Of a stretch of DNA of 64,000 nucleotides, positions 26,296-37,204 are shown piece by piece. Location: positions 249,550,001-249,614,000 of the forward strand of contig OZ024743.1 in the NCBI GenBank assembly GCA_964016885.1, in the 5' to 3' direction. Source of the stretch: Eledone cirrhosa. Taxonomy: Eukaryota. The translations under genes and the position numbers were made by a program. Under the pieces are notes generated by a model. It was not told the origin of the DNA and searched no databases. It saw nothing but the letters and a program-made list of their open reading frames with translations. Within the stretch, counting starts at the first letter, position 1. The number at the start of each line of letters is the position of its first letter.

Positions 26296-29200
26296 ATACG
26301 ATATTAATAAATGGAAACTATATTTATAAAACCATATTTATTTCATTATACATATTTCAGGGATACCAAATTAAATTATGGTATGTCTTCATCAGACAAA
26401 ATACAATATATAACAGTTTTACAAATAAGCTTTGACGTACCCTATTAAAATGCAACCATTGTTTTTGGAATCCATCCGGATAGTGATTTGTTTATATTAC
26501 TTTAATAAGTCATAGTGTTAAGGACAATTAGAAAAAGACGGAGAGAAAGAAAAAAAAACGTGGAGAAATATCGGAGAGAGAGAGATGTATGGAGAAAAAA
26601 GAAAGAGATAAGTAAAGACAGGAGGAAAGGAAGAAAGAAGAAAAAAGGAAGAAATAAGAAAAACAGAGGAAAGCAACAGAGAGATATTAAGTCAACAGAC
26701 AGATAGAAAAACTCAAGAGAGAGAAATATTATATATGTCATATTAAGTTGAGTTAACAATTCATATAAAATGAATAATAAAAATATAAATATTAATATTC
26801 ATGAATGGGACATACATATATAATATGAGAAATTAAACATTGTTTAATAATGACTATATGTTTAGTTTAAACCTTGAGATCAATATACCAAAATTTGGGT
26901 TTAATCTCCAAACTGTACACATTGCTAGAGAAGTCAGTATCTCAGGCAAAGACACACAAATATATATATATATATATATATATACACGCACGTCCTGAAA
27001 ATAGAAATTATATTTACTCAAGTCAACAATATAGACATATAAAACGCAGACGATTTCTCTTAATCACTGCTATACATTCCTTGTGTTATAAAGAGTTCAC
27101 AGTATATATACATAAATATATACGATTAACATTCATGTCTTCATGTATATGATTACCATTCATGCATTTAACATTTTGTTAAAATTATGCATATCTGTAA
27201 TCCAAACTGCGTGGTTATGCAACATAACTCTTACCCACACATATATATACACACACACATATACATATACACCTATATATGTATAAATAAATATCTGCGT
27301 GCGTCTTCACGCATCACTCATGTATACATACAGACATATATACAATCATAAAAAACCTATAACACTTTTATATGCATGTCAATACACACATAGACATTTG
27401 TATAGAGATAATCAAATATCAATATATTACTAAGGATTATACGTTGGAAATATAATTATACCAATATAAATTTAAAATACCAAAGGATTATATTTTGGAA
27501 ATACAACCATATCAATTTGTCAAAAGGACAAACGAATTCTAGAAATGTCAAAGCATTAAATATCTTTAAAACACTATAGAGTATCTTAAGTTAAAATAAT
27601 ATGTTTCATATATTTAGTATAGAAAATTATCCTACTTATATTTCAATCAAGATATTGAAAGGGTAGACTTATGAGAATTATGAGAAACTATCAGAATCAA
27701 AGCAAAACTAATAAAAATAAATAAAAATAAAAAAAGTTAAATAAATATTATATCAATATAATTTAAAAATTTAAAAATTTAAAAATTTAAAAACTTCAAA
27801 AAATTTAAAAAAATTTTAAAATTCAAAAATTTAAAAGATTTAAAAAACCCAAGGATTCTACAGATATCCTTATATTTAGTATAGAAATTTATCCTACGTA
27901 TATTTTATTTAAGATATTGTAAATATAGACATTTTAAAGTAGTTTATTATATCTATGTTTATATTTAGGAAGAAAGTTTAAAAAGAAAAAGGTGAAGGAA
28001 TCTAATGATTTATCGACAGGTTTTATATATTAACTAGATTACTTAATTAATTATACTACATTTTAAATTTATATTTATATTTAAACGTTGAGTTCAATCT
28101 ATGTCTGCAGCAACTGAATAAATTGTTCCTTAAATTAAGGGAATTTTTGGACTTTAATATAAAGGATATTTCTTCAATACAAAGATCACACTTTTCTGAA
28201 GAGGAATTAAAAGGAGTAGCTTTTGAAATAATATTCCAAGTCATCGAATATTTAACATTATCTCGTTTTAGGTCCCATAGTAGGCTAGATAGCGATGTTG
28301 CAGATTTTTTGTTTGGATCTGTGAAAGAATTTTTATGATTATTGAAGCGAAATTTAAATTCAATAGAGGTAGAACCAACATAGTTAAATGAATTTAAATT
28401 AGTTTTAACATTACAATTGTACACTACATTTTTAGCTAAGCAGTTGTTATTTAACGGACAGTTAGATTTATTTCTACAGTTACAGTTATTCAATTGAATA
28501 TTGCTTGGGTTATTATTGGTATTTTGGTTAGGTTTTAAATTTCTGTTATTAATTCTATTAATATTTTGTGCTAAAGTTTTGGTGGACGAGTAAGTTAATT
28601 TTATAGTGTGTCTATTAAAAATTGAGTAATAATTATGTGTTCTAGGGAAGCATTTGTCAAGAGCTTTAAAGAATAGTTTAGCAATAGGGGTTTTAATATT
28701 TAGTGAGACAGGGGGAGCAAACTATAATATGTTTCTAGTTCTATTTCTTTTTCGGCTTTTGGAATTATTGTAATGTTTTCTATTATAGTTGCTAAAGTTG
28801 TTACCATAATTAAAATTGTTATTATTTTGGTTAGTTTGCTTATTATTATTATTATCAATGTATTTAATTTGATTTCTATATCCAGCTCTACCTAACGCTT
28901 CGTTGTAATACTGCGCTTTTTCATCAAATATATTTTTATTAGATGAAATTCTTGAAATTCTTTCTTGAACAGAGTTCACTATAGTATTTTTAACAGATCT
29001 GGGGTGATTAGAGTTAAAATTAACATAATTCAAGTTCTCATTTAGTTTGTGAAATGGATAATGAAGATGTGTTGAGATTTAGTGTTACGTCAAGAAAATT
29101 GACTATTTTATGGTTTTTCTCTATTTCTACTTTTAGATTAAGGTAATTAAAAAATTGTATAATTTGTTTTCTTTTCCTATTTAGTTCACAGCTATTATTT

Positions 29201-29325
29201 TGTATAACTAGAAGCATGTCATCACGATATAAGCCTCCGGTTACACCTGGTATTTTTCTATGTAGCGAATTAATTATAAATAGGCCCACAAGGTCCGTTA
29301 CCTGAGCTGAGTCTGATGATCCCAT
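26222..29325 (-). mobile_element. Penelope-like element, 5'-truncated (RT C-terminal half, GIY-YIG endonuclease, long AT-rich 3' region)
   Basis: MGSSDSAQVTDLVGL..GGLYRDD and VNFLDVTLNL (RT); YVNFNSNHP; CNCRNKSNCPLNNNCLAKNVVY...YVGST...FKFRFNNHK...CDLCIEE...CRH (GIY-YIG, 28056-28493). Extent beyond 28056 is inferred from the hammerhead and the terminal palindrome. Confidence 0.85.
26339..26403 (-). ncRNA. Minimal type I hammerhead ribozyme (partly decayed), Penelope-associated
   Basis: Minus strand: TATTTTGT-CTGATGA-AGACATACCA(loop)TGGTATCCCT-GAAA-TATGTA-TA-ATGAAATA. Stem I is 8 bp (2 GU), the CUGAUGA and GAAA cores are intact, stem III is short and near-palindromic, and stem II has 2 mismatches. 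Confidence 0.7.
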
Positions 29326-29697
29326 ACTTTATATCCATGTAGGAGAACCCCTACCGATGCGCTGAACGAGTGTGACTTTTTAGTCCAGCCAGCGACTTGA
29401 AAACTCTGGTACAAACACTACACTTATGACAATTATTGACACATAGTGTTGGGCCCATGGTACCATGTGACGACAAGTGCAGAGAGATCTCCAGATATAA
29501 AGCAATGCCTGTGCCGTGAAGCTTTTATAGTGAGCAAAGGCACTGCACAAAGCCAGTCCCACTCTCTTAACCAAGATGATATTTACCAAAAAGAAGAACA
29601 AGTCAACATCATTGGATACCATCAGGGTTGCAGGTGTTATATCAGAGTTTTCCTTCTCCTAGAATTCTGCCTTGACAAAGGCAGAATTCTAGGAGAA
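29326..29697 (-). mobile_element. Dispersed partial copy of the 608-bp array unit with a fold-back end
   Basis: Near-identical reverse complement of unit positions ~217-573; shares the 79/80-aa ORFs seen in the array. Confidence 0.95.
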
Positions 29698-29720
29698 TGT
29701 ATGTACGTATATATATATAT

Positions 29721-32700
29721 ATCATCATCATCATCATCATCATCATCAGGTTTAGCGTCCGTGTTCCACGCTTGCATGGGTTTGGACGGGGGTTTTCCCA
29801 CTTGAGGCAAGAGTGGTTGTCTTGCTCGCATAGGACTGTCTGGCGGGTTTTCTACAGTTGGATGCCCTTCCTAACACCAACCACATTTACAGTGTGGGGC
29901 TGGGAGGTTTTTACCGTGTTGCCTACACGGCCACATTACAGCGTGGACTGTCTGGCGGGTTTTCTACAGCTGGATGCCCTTCCTAACACCAACCACATTT
30001 ACAGTGTGGGGCTGGGAGGTTTTTACCGTGTTGCCTACACGGCCACATTTACAGCGTGGACTGTGTGTTTTTTTGTCGTGACACCTACACGATCTCATTT
30101 GTTTCGGCCTGGATGTTGTGGGACCAACATAACTTTACATTGAAAGGGGCGGTGTGGATGGGGTGGAGGTGGTGGGACGGGGGTGTGTTTTGATTGAGAT
30201 GCCTACTGACTGTAGTAGGTTTTTACTTTGTATTTAGGTAAGGCGGGTCTTCTCTATTACTGAGTACCGCCAAAGGTCTCGGTCCAGTGACATTGTCTTG
30301 GAGAGGTGTAAGCGTGTGAGGTCGGAATTTATCAGCTCGTCCCATGTTTTTCTGGGTCTGCCTACTCCGTGGCTACCGTCTATCTTTATTGCCCTGCACT
30401 TTGTTATACAGCTGTCGTCTTTCATGCGCATCACGTGACCGTACCAACGTAGCCTTCTCTCGAGTAAACAACATCTGATCCCTCTTATTTCTAATTTTTT
30501 CCTTAGTTCGTTTATGCTTTGCCGTTCACGTATATTACTATTGCACATCCAGCGGAGCATGCAAGCTTCGTTCCTCTCTAGTCTGCGTATATCCTCTGCA
30601 CACAATGCCCAGGTCTCACTGCCATGCAGCATTGCTGTTCGTATGCAGGCATCGTATAACCTGCCTTTCATTTTTAGGGAGAACCCTCTAGCGGCTAATA
30701 GTGGTATAAGCTCTCTGAACTTTTTCCATCCAGTTCTGACTCTAGCTACTGTACTTTCAGAGCACCCTCCCCCACTGCTGATTTTGTCACCCAGGTAACG
30801 GAAGCTGTCCACTATTTCTATAGAACCCTCTGCGCAGTTGAAGGAGCTAGTATTCTGTGGGCACTTGCTGCTACTTATTGCACCAGAGCACCGGCCACAT
30901 GTAAAATCTATGTTCTTAGTTAGCTTACCTGTGATCCCACTACATCTTTTATGCACCCATACTTTGCATTTGGGACATAAAATGGAGTTTCTACCTACGC
31001 CTTTCCTACACACTGAGCATGGCCATTTCCCAGATGGGACCGTCGCCTTATTTTCTTTCCTACAAACTAGAACTTTAGTCTTAGCCAGGTTAATTTTAAG
31101 GCCTTTTGATTCTAGGCCGTGCTTCCATGTTTGGAATTTCTTCTCTAGTTCGGTCATTGATTCAGCTATGAGCGTTAGATCATCTGCGTATAGGAGTTCC
31201 CATGGGCAGCCGGTCTTGAACTCCTCTGTTATAGCCTGAAGGGCAATAATAAATAGTAGGGGGCTAAGAACAGAGCCCTGATGGACACCAACTTTTACGC
31301 TAAACTCTTCACTATATTCGTTGTTAATTCTAACCTTACTGACTGTTTCTTTATACATGGCTTGTATAGCTCTCACAAGCCATTCGTCAACACCTAGTTT
31401 TCTAAGAGACCACCAGATAATGGAACGGGGGACTCTGTCGAAGGCCTTCTCCAAGTCGACGAAAGCTAAGTATAGGGGTTTACTTTTAGCTAGGTACTTC
31501 TCCTGTAGTTGTCGTACAATGAAAAGAGCGTCTGTGGTACTTTTGCCTGACACAAACCCGAACTGCATTTCATCTAGATCAATTCTCTCTCTGATTAGTT
31601 GCGCTATTACTTTTTCCGTGACCTTCATGACCTGGTCGATTAATTTAATGCCTCTATAGTTACTCCTATCTAGGGCATCTCCTTTTCCCTTATAGCAGTT
31701 AACGATGATGCTGCTACGCCAGTCCTTCGGAACAACCCCATTCTGTACGACTTGGTTAACTATCCGGGTGACCATGGTGTGTCCCACCGAACCAGATGCC
31801 TTCAGCATCTCAGCAACTATTTCCGAAGGACCAGCCGCCTTACCCGTCTTCATATCTTTGATTGCCTTGCTTATTGTACTACCCTGGACTAACACTACTG
31901 GTCCCTCTATTGGGTCGATGTGGGGGAGACTGTCTTTCTCCCATTTGTTCTCCTCATTTAGAAGCCTTTCGTAGTGACACTTCCAAGCTACCTTCTTATC
32001 AGCGTCGGTGATGGCAAGTATGCCATCATCGTTAAGTACACACTTCTCCCCGACAATATCACGGTTTTCCTTGACACATTGCCTGGCAATCCTGAACACC
32101 TCACGTTTTTGGTCCTCACGTTGTAGAACATGCTTGAACTTTCTTTCCTCTGCTTCCCTTCTTGCGAAGTACACTTGTCTCCTAGCTTCCCTCCTGGCCA
32201 CTTGATAGTCTTCTCTACTTCCCCCATCCCGCCATACTTTCCAAGCCTGCTTTTTGGCCTTAATTGACTCCTCCACCTTACTGTTCCACCACCATGTTAC
32301 TCTCCTCCTACCTACAGGCCTGCTCCAGCCACAGACTTCGTTTGCCGCCGTCAGCAGGTTTGCTTTCAGGAATTCCCACTGTTCCTCTATATTATACGAC
32401 TCTAATTGCTCTTCCTTACTGTCGAAAGCGTCAAGTAATATGCTTTGAAACTTATTTCTGGCTATGGGGTCCTTTAGCTTCCATATTTTTCTCCTGAGGA
32501 TAGTCCTCTTCCGCTGTCTAGTACGTCTCGTCCTGACTATGAGGTCGCTAATTATCAGTCTATGTTGGGAGGGATTTAGTGTTAACAACAGACACTCTGT
32601 CACGTCTTCTGGTAGGGATATAATCTACCTGGCTTGTGTGTTCCCCCGATCTATAGGTGATCAAGTGATTGTCTCGTTTTTTGAAGTTAGTGTTACAGAT

Positions 32701-33553
32701 AGTTAAGTTATTTGCGTCGCAGAATTCCAGGATTCTGGAGCCTTCCTCATTTCTAGTACCGAACCCGTAGCCTCCATGGATTCCGTCATAGTCGTCACAA
32801 TGTTGTCCAACGTGACCATTTAGGTCGCCTGCAATAACTATATAGTCACTGTCGGTTATTTGGGAGGTAGCGAGCATCAGTGTCTCGTAGAATCTGTCTT
32901 TTATAGCGCCGGGCAGTCCGGATTGGGGTGCGTACGCAGATATTACTGTCACCGTAGTTTTATTGAGGACAAGTCTTATTTTAATTATTCTGTCGTTCAC
33001 TCTATTTACGTCTATTATCTTATCTGCCCACTTTTCTGCTAACATGATTCCTACCGCACCCAGCCCATTGTCATTTCCCACCCAGAAAAGCTTATAGCAT
33101 CGTTTTTTACCCACAATGAATCTAGCAGACCCGCCCCTCCACCTGGTCTCTTGGATGCAGCAGACATCAACCTCCTTACGTTCAAGCATTTCTACAACCT
33201 CGTTTGAGCGGCCTTTTAAGGTCCCTACATTCATGGTACCAACTCTGAAGTTTTGGATTGCGTTTGGTGGGTGGGGTGCAGGGAGGGGTGTGGTTGATGG
33301 GGTTGGGGTTATGTTGGCCATCCGCGGCCGCAACAAAGAGGGTGGGGCTTTGCCTTTTCGTCCGGCAGCATGAGGTGAATTTGTCGTTATCTTTTGCATT
33401 GTCTTCGGGTGTCCAGATTCTTCTGACTCTCCAGAAATTCCCTACTTCATCCATCATATCGAAAAAGCAACCAGAAGAGCTAGCATAGGTCGTTTACTTG
33501 TGATTGGTCCAAATAATAAGGTGGAGAGTGGGTGCGGGAGGGAGGGGGTAGTT
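29721..33553 (-). mobile_element. Near full-length RTE-clade LINE with (GAT)n tail
   Basis: APE and RT ORF, ~490-nt 3' UTR with a ~113-bp tandem duplication (29834-30060), and a tail at 29721-29746. The 5' end is approximate and no TSD was found. Confidence 0.93.
30234..33399 (-). pseudogene. RTE ORF (APE endonuclease, reverse transcriptase, PHD-like Cys cluster), broken by one frameshift near 32568
   Basis: GTMNVGTL..CCIQETRW, SAYAPQ, GDLNGHVG, QVDYI; AFVDLEKAFD, GVHQGSVLSP, LLYADDL; WPCSVC..SILCPKCKVWVHKRCS..CGRC. Confidence 0.93.
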
Positions 33554-36159
33554 TGCGAGGAGCAGAATTATTTTTAGAACAACGGTGAGAAAGAACAGAA
33601 TTATAGAAAGCCAATTTTGAATACGATTTTTTGATTCTGGGGGATTGTAAGATATATAGATGAATGAACCGAATGTGGAGAGTTGAAAAGAAATGGATAT
33701 GGACGTTACATTTCGTAGAAGAAAACTGAACAAGCGACCATCAATAATAGGAGACAAATTCTGGGTTTAGTCCCCTGTAGCATGGCTTATTTATATTTGG
33801 TTGGCAAGGAGTGAGGAGGAGTGTGAGACCAGCGTATATGATAGAGAGAGTGAGGGGGTGAGAGGCGATTTCAGCAGGCCAAGAGAGAGAGAGGGAAATC
33901 CCTAATTTAACCTGGCATAATTTCTTTTTTCGGCCAAAATGGTTGCAGGAATATTATTTAGAATTGTAGAAAGACAAACAATTATGAACATGATTTTTTT
34001 TTTTATTCTGGGGGATTGTAAGATATATAGATGCGAGGAGCAGAATTATTTTTAGAACAACGGTGAGAAAGAACAGAATTATAGAAAGCCAATTTTGAAT
34101 ACAATTTTTTGATTCTGGGGGATTGTACGATATATAGATGAATGAACCGAATGTGGAGAGTTGAGAAGAAATGGATATGGACGTTACATTTCGTAGAAGA
34201 AAACTGAACAAGCGATCATCAATAATAGGAGACAAATTCTGGGTTTAGTCCCCTGTAGCATGGCTTATTTATATTTGGTTGGCAAGGAGTGAGGAGGAGT
34301 GTGAGACCAGCGTATATGATAGAGAGAGTGAGGGGGTGAGAGGCGCAGAATTATTTTTAGAACAACGGTGAGAAAGAACAGAATTATAGAAAGCCAATTT
34401 TGAATACGATTTTTTGATTCTGGGGGATTGTAAGATATATAGATGAATGAACCGAATGTGGAGAGTTGAGAAGAAATGGATATGGACGTTACATTTCGTA
34501 GAAGAAAACTGAACAAGCGACCATCAATAATTGTTTCTACTTTAGGCACAAGGCCAGCAATTACCCAGTGCATTACTGGTACTTTATTTTATCGACCCCG
34601 TAAGGATGAAAGGCAAAGTCAACCTCGGCGGGATTTGAACTCAGATCGTAAAGGGACGTAACTATGCTGGAAAGCATGGTGTCTGCCAATCCACCGACCA
34701 TCAATAATAGGAGACAAATTCTGGGTTTAGTCCCCTGTAGCATGGCTTATTTATATTTGGTTGGCAAGGAGTGAGGAGGAGTGTGAGACCAGCGTATATG
34801 ATAGAGAGAGTGAAGGGGTGAGAGGCGATTTCAGCAGGCCAAGAGAGAGAGAGGGCAATCCCTAATTTAACCTGGCATAATTTCTTTTTTCGGCCAAAAT
34901 GGTTGCAGGAATATTATTTATAATTGTAGAAAGACAAACAATTATGAACATGATTTTTTTTTTATTCTGGGGGATTGTAAGATATATAGATGCGAGGAGC
35001 AGAATTATTTTTAGAACAACGGTGAGAAAGAACAGAATTATAGAAAGCCAATTTTGAATACGATTTTTTGATTCTGGGGGATTGTAAGATATATAGATGA
35101 ATGAACCGAATGTGGAGAGTTGAGAAGAAATGGATATGGACGTTACATTTCGTAGAAGAAAACTGAACAAGCGATCATCAATAATAGGAGACAAATTCTG
35201 GGTTTAGTCCCCTGTAGCATGGCTTATTTATATTTGGTTGGCAAGGAGTGTGAGACCAGCGTATATGATAGAGAGAGTGAGGGGGTGAGAGGAGCAGAAT
35301 TATTTTTAGAACAACGGTGAGAAAGAACAGAATTATAGAAAGCCAATTTTGAATACGATTTTTTGATTCTGGGGGATTGTAAGATATATAGATGAATGAA
35401 CCGAATGTGGAGAGTTGAGAAGAAATGGATATGGACGTTACATTTCGTAGAAGAAAACTGAACAAGCGACCATCAATAATAGGAGACAAATTCTGGGTTT
35501 AGTCCCCTGTAGCATGGCTTATTTATATTTGGTTGGCAAGGAGTGAGGAGGAGTGTGAGACCAGCGTATATGATAGAGAGAGTGAGGGGGTGAGAGGCGA
35601 TTTCAGCAGGCCAAGAGAGAGAGATGGCAATCCCTAATTTAACCTGGCATAATTTCTTTTTTCGGCCAATATTGGTTGCAGGAACATTATTTAGAATTGT
35701 AGAAAGACAAACAATTATGAACATGATTTTTTTTTGATTCTGGGGGATTGTAAGATATATAGATGCGAGGAGCAGAATTATTTTTAGAACAACGGTGAGA
35801 AAGAACAGAATTATAGAAAGCCAATTTTGAATACGATTTTTTGATTCTGGGGGATTGTAAGATATATAGATGAATGAACCGAATGTGGAGAGTTGAGAAG
35901 AAATGGATATGGACGTTACATTTCGTAGAAGAAAACTGAACAAGCGACCATCAATAATAGGAGACAAATTCTGGGTTTAGTCCCCTGTAGCATGGCTTAT
36001 TTATATTTGGTTGGCAAGGAGTGAGGAGGAGTGTGAGACCAGCGTATATGATAGAGAGAGTGAGGGGGTGAGAGGCGATTTCAGCAGGCCAAGAGAGAGA
36101 GAGGGCAATCCCTAATTTAACCTGGCATAATTTCTTTTTTCGGCCAAAATGGTTGCAGG

Positions 36160-36165
<6 letters not shown>
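33554..36165. repeat. Tandem array of ~478-bp long and ~295-311-bp short units (about 6 units)
   Basis: Recurrent GCAGAATTATTTTTAGAACAACGGTGAGAAAG at ~33562, 34040, 34344, 35000, 35294 and 35772; recurrent MSPIID.RLFSFLL ORFs. Confidence 0.92.
34532..34694 (-). mobile_element. SINE family 1 insertion with 14-bp TSD
   Basis: CGACCATCAATAAT at 34518-34531 and 34695-34708. The other tandem units show the empty site. Confidence 0.93.
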
Positions 36166-36244
<79 letters not shown>

Positions 36245-37204
36245 TACATACCGCACACAAATCGTTTTCCGAGGTTAGTGAAGCTATTATTAATTCTACC
36301 CAGATGAAGTAACTAGCAAATTCTTCGTAATTCTTGAAATGCAATTATACATCTAACGGACACACTCTCTAGAATAGATATATTTGTGTGTGTGAGAGAG
36401 ATAGAAGTAGATAGACAGGGAGGTTGGTAGGTAGATAGATCGATACGTAGATATATAGGTAGGTAGATAGAAAGATAGATGATAGTGTTGTTATCTGTGT
36501 ATGTGGCTGTGTGTATGTATGTGAAGATGTGGAAATAAGGAAAGGATAATTTACTACAGTACTAATGATTCAATCCACAGGTGTATATTCTTTTTACCAT
36601 TGCATATGTACATAGACTCACTCACACACGTATATATATATATATATATGTATGTGTGGTGTGTTTATGTGTGTGTATATGTGTGTATCTGTGTGTACAT
36701 AAGTGTTTATGTGTATATATATGTATATGTGTGTGTGTGTATCTGTTTGCTTATGTGTGTGTGTGCATTTATGTCCATGTGTGTGTCTCGTGATTGTAAT
36801 GTTGAGAGTTTGAATCCCATCAGTGCGTTGTGTTCTTGAGCAAGACACTTCATTTCGCCTTTCTTCTCTCCACTGAAGTAAAAAAAAGTGTACTCTGCCA
36901 GTACGTTGAAGAACCAATGTAGTCCCACCCTGAAACCCTCCATTATACGTGTCTATGGAATGCTCAGACACTCTCACCTTAATTTCAAGCAATTCCATTT
37001 GAGAAACCTAGCTGGAAGAATCCTCGTCGCAATCGATAGGGTACCATCATACATATGAACACATAGAGACACACAAGTTTCAAAGAGAATAGAAGAGATC
37101 AATAAAATAAGTACTAGATTTTAAAATATATGTACTGGAATTGAGGTCAAGAAAATCCTTTAATCGTGGTACCCCAGCATGGGCACAGTCTAACGTCTGA
37201 AACA

